Shown here one piece after another: positions 58,102 through 64,000 of a DNA stretch of 64,000 nt. The translations under genes were made by a program, and so were the position numbers. The number at the start of each line of letters is the position of its first letter. Position 1 is the first letter of the stretch. Below the pieces are notes generated by a model, which did no database searches, was not told where the DNA came from, and worked only from the letters and a program-made list of their open reading frames with translations. The stretch is from Candidatus Omnitrophota bacterium. GTDB taxonomy: Bacteria; Omnitrophota; Gorgyraeia; Tantalellales; Tantalellaceae. The stretch spans positions 3,989-67,988 of the forward strand of contig JBDRBG010000116.1 of assembly GCA_043823005.1 (NCBI GenBank). The letters run 5' to 3'.

Positions 58102-59756
58102 AAGCCTGTAAATCGTATTTTAAAAAAAATCTACCCGAGGTAATGTTTCCGGAAAATATTGATCCGGGGTTGCAGATTACTCGAGACCAGGCACATGGCG
58201 ATCTTTCTTCAAATATCGCTATGTGCCTGGCTTCAAGCGCGCGCAAGTCACCGTTAAACCTGGGAACCGGGATTGTATCGGTTTTGGAGGAGCTTGTAGC
58301 AGTCTCTGAGTTAAAGCCGTTAATAAGCGGGATAGAGCTTAAAGGCGGTTTTATAAATTTCAGTCTGTCTGAAATCTATTATCACACGCTTCTTTTTGAT
58401 GCTTTTTCTCAAAAAGAAAAATTCGGAAGATCCGATGACGGACAGGGAGAACATATAAATCTTGAGTTTGTAAGCGCTAATCCTACCGGCCCGCTTACTG
58501 TTGCTCATGGAAGACAGGCCGCTATAGGTGACGCTCTTTCCCGAATACTTCGGTTTAGCGGATATACTGTTACTAATGAGTATTATCTTAATGATATAGG
58601 ACGTCAGATCCGTTTGCTCGGAGAATCCGTAAGGATAAGGTATAGAAATCTTTTTGATTTGAATGATCCTATGCCTGAAGATGGTTATATGGGAGAATAT
58701 ATTGTCGATATAGCCGAAGAAATAAAGAAGCAAAAAGGGGAGAGTCTACTGGCGCAAGAGACTCTAAAGCCCGGATCCGGGTTTTTTCAGCAGTATGCCA
58801 TTGATTATATGATGAAGGATATCAAAAAGGATCTGGCTGATTTCGGGGTAAATTTTGATGTTTGGACCTCACAGGGGCGTTTGGAGAAAAGGCGAGAGGT
58901 AGAAAAAGTTTTAGGCGTACTGGAGAAAAAAGGGTGGCTTTATGACTGTGATGGAGCTAAATGGTTTGCATCAACACGGTTAGGGGATGACAAGGACAGA
59001 GTGGTAATAAAGAGCGATGGTTCTTACACATATTTAGCTCCGGATATCGCGTACCATTTTGATAAATATCGAAGGAAATATACGAAATTGATTGATCTCT
59101 TAGGGCCGGATCACCACGGGTATATAAAAAGGATGAAAGCCGCGGTAAAGGCTTTAGGTCATGAGGCAGGTTCGCTTAATATTTTGATTGTTCAACTTGT
59201 TTCGCTTTTGCGTAATGGCCGGACTTTGTCCATGTCAACCAGGAGAGGTGAATTTATCAGTCTTAGAGAGATTATGGATGAATTGGGAAAGGATGTAACA
59301 AGGTTTTTCTTTCTTTCCCGCAGGCTTGACAGTCATTTGGATTTTGATATTGAACTTGCCAAAAAAGAATCATCAGATAATCCTGTTTTTTATATTCAAT
59401 ACGCGCATGCAAGGATATGTAGTATAAAAAAATACAGCGGAAAAGATTTTAACCGTTTATTTTCCGGAAAAGCCAGGCTGAATCTTTTGTCTAGCCGTCA
59501 GGAGAAACAGCTTATGCGTAAGTTAAGTGAATTTCCTATTATGGTTAAAGCTAGCGCAGATGCGCTTGAACCTAACAGGATCATTGTTTATCTTAACGAA
59601 TTGGCGCGTAGTTTTCATTCATTTTATACTGAGTGTCGGGTAGTTTCTGAAGATCAGGTACTGTCTGAAGCAAGACTATTTTTAGTCGAATGTGTGAGAA
59701 TAGTGCTTGCTAATGGTTTGGGTCTTTTAAATATTACTTTTCCTGAGAAAATGTAA
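58056..59756 (+). CDS. argS: Arginine--tRNA ligase
   Basis: HGDLSSN, EFVSANPTGPLTVAHGR, DIAYH, MSTRRG, YIQYAHAR. Confidence 0.96.
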   Translation: MLGKDLTKKISTILLKACKSYFKKNLPEVMFPENIDPGLQITRDQAHGDLSSNIAMCLASSARKSPLNLGTGIVSVLEELVAVSELKPLISGIELKGGFINFSLSEIYYHTLLFDAFSQKEKFGRSDDGQGEHINLEFVSANPTGPLTVAHGRQAAIGDALSRILRFSGYTVTNEYYLNDIGRQIRLLGESVRIRYRNLFDLNDPMPEDGYMGEYIVDIAEEIKKQKGESLLAQETLKPGSGFFQQYAIDYMMKDIKKDLADFGVNFDVWTSQGRLEKRREVEKVLGVLEKKGWLYDCDGAKWFASTRLGDDKDRVVIKSDGSYTYLAPDIAYHFDKYRRKYTKLIDLLGPDHHGYIKRMKAAVKALGHEAGSLNILIVQLVSLLRNGRTLSMSTRRGEFISLREIMDELGKDVTRFFFLSRRLDSHLDFDIELAKKESSDNPVFYIQYAHARICSIKKYSGKDFNRLFSGKARLNLLSSRQEKQLMRKLSEFPIMVKASADALEPNRIIVYLNELARSFHSFYTECRVVSEDQVLSEARLFLVECVRIVLANGLGLLNITFPEKM

Positions 59757-59767
59757 ATAGTGAATGG

Positions 59768-60029
59768 TGTCTTGTCCTGACATAGCTTGGGGGAGAAAAA
59801 GCAAAGTATTTTGCTGGAATGGCAAGCATTCCGTGCTCAAACAATTTGCCCTCACTTGGTTCGGGCAAAAACTGCGCTCAGAACGCTCGCCCGTCCAGCA
59901 AAATAGAGGTTGGTGAATAGGAAAAAGGGAAAACATCCCATCCGTCTTTGCGAGGAGGAACGAAGTGACGACGCGGCAATCTCGGATAAAAATAGATAAA
60001 AAAACTGTCAACTTTTTCAGGACGAAACG
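59768..60029. mobile_element. MITE-like element, TGT...ACA type, copy of 41452-41712
   Basis: TGTCTTGTCCTGA ... TTTTCAGGACGAAACG; ~200 bp near-identical interior. Confidence 0.7.
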
Positions 60030-60138
60030 TAGCTATGATCGTCCTATTTACTATTCACCATTCACTAAGAAATTCCACACCTGTTTCCTGAGCAGTGAGT
60101 TTTTTCAAGCGGACAGCAGGTAAATTTTATAACAGACT

Positions 60139-62046
60139 ATGTTTAATTCCATTAAGTTTTATGTGGACGAACAAGCGGATCCGGATGAAATAATCGCGGC
60201 CTTGGATGATTTCGGATATTCCAGATGTTCAAAAGTATCTGTTTGCGGAGATTACAGCCTAATCGGAGAAACTCTTATAATCTATCCGGTTACTTTTGAA
60301 TATCCTGTCAGGATAGACATTTTTGACGCTAAGATCCAATCGATAAAAAGTATTGATGTTGTATCTTTCAAGACTATTATGCCGCATAAAGGCGTAATGA
60401 TTTTGCCTGTTGGGGCATTAAGGCGAAAAAAGGTAAAAAAGCATCTTGAAGGTATTGAAGAGCAGCCGATCGACTCTTTTGTAGATATAGAACCCGGTGA
60501 TTTTACCGTTCACATAGATTATGGTATCGGTAAATATTTAGGTATGCAGAGGATGCGACGCAACAGCGGGTTAAAAGATTATTTTGTAATAGAATATAAA
60601 GACGGCGATAAACTTTATGTAGATAGTAAGGATCTCGATAAACTTCAAAGATATATATCATTTCACAGAAGGCCTCCGACTCTTAATAAGCTAAGAGGTA
60701 AAAAATGGCATCAGACTAAAGTAAAAGCTTTTAAGGGCGCCGCTTCCGCGGCAGAAGAAATACTTTCAATGCAGGCAAAAAGAGAAAGATGCAAAGGGTT
60801 TGCTTTTAGCCGGGATGCGGAATGGCAGAAACAAGTAGAAGAAGAATTTCCATATCGGGAGACTCCTGATCAGCTGAGAGCTACACAGGAAGTTAAAAAC
60901 GATATGGAGAAATTAAAACCTATGGACAGACTTTTGTGCGGAGATGTCGGTTATGGAAAAACCGAAGTTGCTTTAAGAGCCGCTTTTAAGGCGGTTATGG
61001 ACGGTAAACAGGTTGCTTTTTTAGTGCCTACGACGATTCTTGCCGAACAGCATACCAATACTTTTCGCAATCGATTGAAATCTTTTCCCGTAAAGATAGA
61101 AATGCTTAATCGGTTTAGGACGCAGAGCGAACAAAAGCGTGTGCTTGCTGATATTAAGAACGGTAAGGTGGATATAGTTATCGGAACTCACCGGATTCTT
61201 TCCGGTGATGTTGAATTTAAGGATCTGGGGCTTTTGATAATAGATGAAGAACAGCGTTTCGGGGTTAAACATAAAGAAAAAATCAAAAAAATGAGGATAA
61301 ATGTAGATGTGCTTACGCTTACAGCTACACCGATTCCCCGGACTTTATATTTGGCGCTGATGGGGGGTAAGGATATTTCCATAATAGAAACGCCTCCGCT
61401 ACAAAGACTTCCGGTTAAAACAGAAATTATTGAGTATGACAGAGAAGAAATACGTGACGCGATTAAGCAAGAAATAGAACGAGGCGGACAGGTATATTAT
61501 GTCCACAATAGAGTAGAAACAATAGACAAAATAGCTGATGAAGTAAAAAAACTGGTTCCTGAAGCGGATCTCATAGTAGGGCACGGACAAATGAGTTCAA
61601 AGGTTTTGGAAAAAAACATGATAAAGTTTATAAAAGGAGAGACAGATATATTAGTCTGTACTACAATAATCGAGTCAGGAATAGATATTCCTAACGCGAA
61701 TACAATAATAATAGATAATGCCGATAAATTTGGGTTGGCCGGGTTGTATCAACTTAGAGGAAGAATCGGAAGGTTTGATAAAGAGGCGTATGCTTATTTA
61801 GTTGTAAGGGATTTTTCTATTCTTACTCATGAGATTCAAAAAAGATTGCATGCAATAAAAAAATACCAGGAATTAGGATCCGGGCTTAAAATCGCGATGC
61901 GGGATCTGGAAATGAGAGGCGCGGGAAATCTTCTTGGGTTTGAGCAGAGCGGGTTTATAGATCAAATAGGGTTTGATCTATATTGCAGGCTTTTAAAAAT
62001 GGAGATACAAAGACAGCGTAATTCGTCTTTGCGAGGAGCCCCATAG
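60139..62046 (+). CDS. mfd: Transcription-repair coupling factor, shortened
   Basis: RID (HIDYGIGKY), DRLLCGDVGYGKTEVA, DEEQRFG, TATPIPRT, QLRGR, DLEMRGAGNLLG. Confidence 0.9.
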   Translation: MFNSIKFYVDEQADPDEIIAALDDFGYSRCSKVSVCGDYSLIGETLIIYPVTFEYPVRIDIFDAKIQSIKSIDVVSFKTIMPHKGVMILPVGALRRKKVKKHLEGIEEQPIDSFVDIEPGDFTVHIDYGIGKYLGMQRMRRNSGLKDYFVIEYKDGDKLYVDSKDLDKLQRYISFHRRPPTLNKLRGKKWHQTKVKAFKGAASAAEEILSMQAKRERCKGFAFSRDAEWQKQVEEEFPYRETPDQLRATQEVKNDMEKLKPMDRLLCGDVGYGKTEVALRAAFKAVMDGKQVAFLVPTTILAEQHTNTFRNRLKSFPVKIEMLNRFRTQSEQKRVLADIKNGKVDIVIGTHRILSGDVEFKDLGLLIIDEEQRFGVKHKEKIKKMRINVDVLTLTATPIPRTLYLALMGGKDISIIETPPLQRLPVKTEIIEYDREEIRDAIKQEIERGGQVYYVHNRVETIDKIADEVKKLVPEADLIVGHGQMSSKVLEKNMIKFIKGETDILVCTTIIESGIDIPNANTIIIDNADKFGLAGLYQLRGRIGRFDKEAYAYLVVRDFSILTHEIQKRLHAIKKYQELGSGLKIAMRDLEMRGAGNLLGFEQSGFIDQIGFDLYCRLLKMEIQRQRNSSLRGAP

Positions 62047-62075
62047 GCTGACGCGGCAATCTGTTTGGTGAATAG

Positions 62076-62240
62076 CGTTTTGTTCTAAAAATAGACAGTA
62101 GAGAAAAAGATATAACGGCGCACCTGGAAGGGCAAACATTCCGTGCTCAAACAGTTTGCCTTCACTTGGTTCAGGCAAAAACTGCGCTCAGAACGCTTGC
62201 CCTTCCAGATGAAAAGTGTAAACTTTTTTAGGACGACACG
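62076..62240. mobile_element. MITE-like element carrying only the structured palindrome
   Basis: CGTTTTGTTCTAAAAA ... AAAAGTGTAAACTTTTTTAGGACGACACG. Confidence 0.65.
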
Positions 62241-62311
62241 GGGAAGAAGGATACGTTTACTAAAAAATATTTGCTGGAATGGGGGGATTCTGCTATATTA
62301 ATATATATATT

Positions 62312-63148
62312 ATGAAAAACAAGGTGAATGGGATAATTTTTAGTATAATTGTTGCAGGATCTTTTTTGGGGTGCTCAAAAGCTTCAGAAAAAGAAGTAGT
62401 GATAGTTTCTATTGGCAAAACAAAAGTGACTATTTCTGATTTTAATGAAAGATTGGCAAATCTTCCTCAAAAGTACCGTGAAATCATACAAAAAAGGAAA
62501 AACGAGTATCTTCAGGAATTGATTAATGATACATTGCTTTATCAGGAAGCTGTTCGGCAGAATATCCATAAAGATAAAGACGTTCTGAAAGTTTTAGATG
62601 AAGCCAGAAAAAAGATATTGATAGCCAGACTTTTAAAAGACAACATAGATGATGTGGTTGAGATTACTGAAGATGATGTTAAGGAATACTACGGCCGGAA
62701 CAAAATGAAATACATGACGCCCAGATACTTGAGGGTAGCACATGTTTTAAGTTCTTCGAGAGAAGATTCTGAAAATATTTTAGCGGAACTTCAAAACGGA
62801 GCTGATTTTGCTGATATGGCCCGGGCTAAATCTATTGACCCGACTGCTCAGAATGGCGGAGATATAGGCTATTTTCCGATAGGACAATTGATGCCGGAAT
62901 TTGAAAACGCCTGTGTTGGTTTAGCGATAGGCGAAACAAGTGATGTTGTCAGGACAAAACTGGGGTATCATATAATCAAATTAACCGGACGGAGAGAACC
63001 GGAATTAAAGTCGGTTCAGAAGGTAAGGGATACCATAAGATCAGAATTACATACCAAAAAGAGGCAGAAGATTTTTAATGAGCTTTTAGCGAGGCTCAGA
63101 GATAATCCTGAAATACAGATCAATAAGGAAGCTTTGTCTTCACAATAA
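62312..63148 (+). CDS. PpiC/PrsA-type peptidyl-prolyl isomerase, probable lipoprotein
   Basis: FLGC lipobox-like, AHVL, FADMARAKS, GGDIG, MPEFE, GYHII. Confidence 0.88.
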   Translation: MKNKVNGIIFSIIVAGSFLGCSKASEKEVVIVSIGKTKVTISDFNERLANLPQKYREIIQKRKNEYLQELINDTLLYQEAVRQNIHKDKDVLKVLDEARKKILIARLLKDNIDDVVEITEDDVKEYYGRNKMKYMTPRYLRVAHVLSSSREDSENILAELQNGADFADMARAKSIDPTAQNGGDIGYFPIGQLMPEFENACVGLAIGETSDVVRTKLGYHIIKLTGRREPELKSVQKVRDTIRSELHTKKRQKIFNELLARLRDNPEIQINKEALSSQ

Positions 63149-63379
63149 AAGACTATGGTGTAAAAGGATAAACCACAGAGGACACAGGGGAAAAGGATAT
63201 TTAGAAGAAAATGTTACTCTGTGATCTCCAAAAGTTTATAATTTATATAAGCTATTTAGAGAAAGGTTTAAGCTAAAGAGTATCTAGAAAGTGAAGCGGA
63301 AAATAAGTGTTTATCTAAGAATAAAGAATATCTCTGTGAACTCTGTGGTTAAAACTTAAATATTTCAAGGAGGAAACCA

Positions 63380-64000
63380 ATGGGATATAGACCGAAGATC
63401 AAGACAATTTTAGCTTTTATTTTAGTGTTGTGCTGCCTGGGATTTTTTAATGCCGGAGTTTATGCTGATGTGTTTGATAAAGTCATTGCTGTGGTCAATG
63501 AGGAGGTTGTAACGCAAAGAGATTTTGATAAGATGTTTTTGCCGTTAAAACAGGATTATATGAACCGGTTTAAGGGCGGAGAATTAGAGCAGCGCCTTGA
63601 GGCCGCCAGAGGCGGATTGCTTGAACAATTAGTTAACGCCAAGCTTACCGTGAGTCTGGCTAAAAAAGAGAAGATAGAAGTTGATGAAGAAGAACTCCAG
63701 GGTCGTATTGATAAAATAAAAACTTATTATAAATCCGAAGAAGAGTTTTTAGGTGTGTTGGATGAGAAGGGAACTACTTTAACTGAATTTAATCAGGAGA
63801 TCAGGGATCAGATGCTGGCGCAAAAACTTGTAGAGCAGGAGGTTGCGTCAAAAATTATTATATCTCCGGCAGAGATAAAAGATCTTTATGAAAAAAACAA
63901 AAAAAACTTTGTTTCTCCGGTTAAGTCTAAGGTAAGAAATCTGATGCTGAGAAAAAAGAAAAACGCGGAAGAAAATGAAGTGATAAAGTCTAACATGGAA
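63380..64000 (+). CDS. SurA-like chaperone/PPIase (3' partial)
   Basis: RBS AGGAGG; MGYRPKIK, signal peptide, DKVIAVVNEEVVT; frame open to window end. Confidence 0.8.
   Translation, partial: MGYRPKIKTILAFILVLCCLGFFNAGVYADVFDKVIAVVNEEVVTQRDFDKMFLPLKQDYMNRFKGGELEQRLEAARGGLLEQLVNAKLTVSLAKKEKIEVDEEELQGRIDKIKTYYKSEEEFLGVLDEKGTTLTEFNQEIRDQMLAQKLVEQEVASKIIISPAEIKDLYEKNKKNFVSPVKSKVRNLMLRKKKNAEENEVIKSNME

Noticed and set aside
2228-62062. CRISPR array suggested by recurring ~35-40 bp palindromic repeats
   Set aside because: Copies are dispersed, variable and in both orientations, with no regular repeat-spacer period and no cas genes.
1349-62569. Minus-strand ORFs in the track
   Set aside because: All are short antisense shadows of well-supported + strand genes or repeat translations (e.g. 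41434-41694 and 59727-60011).

Overview
AT-rich bacterial chromosome segment with every real gene on the + strand. Gene order and protein style suggest a PVC-superphylum organism, probably Omnitrophota (inference, not tested). Order: end of the dcw cluster (murC, murB, ddl, ftsQ, a degenerate ftsA with no ftsZ after it); proC-yggT-yggU-MTAP-ileS-dksA-lspA-lgt-rluD-aroA; mreBCD-mrdA-rodA-radical SAM; a ~17 kb type IVa pilus block (degenerate GGDEF sensor, pilT, stand-alone MshEN protein, two pilB, pilC, two pilins, GT-C/TPR glycosyltransferase, pilMNOPQ) bracketed by a 69-bp inverted repeat; TIGR03936-like gene and rng; two tandem paralogous minor-pilin trios, each with a giant ~730 aa pilin; then rplU-rpmA-obgE-proB-proA-nadD, a small Zn-ribbon gene, rsfS-argS, a short mfd and two PPIases. 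Most intergenic gaps hold stacked non-autonomous repeats: REP-like palindromes, two MITE-like end types, heptamer arrays that supply stop codons, and a structured element showing covariation. I found no rRNA, tRNA, CRISPR array, transposase or integrase. All product calls come from motif recognition by eye; no database searches were run.
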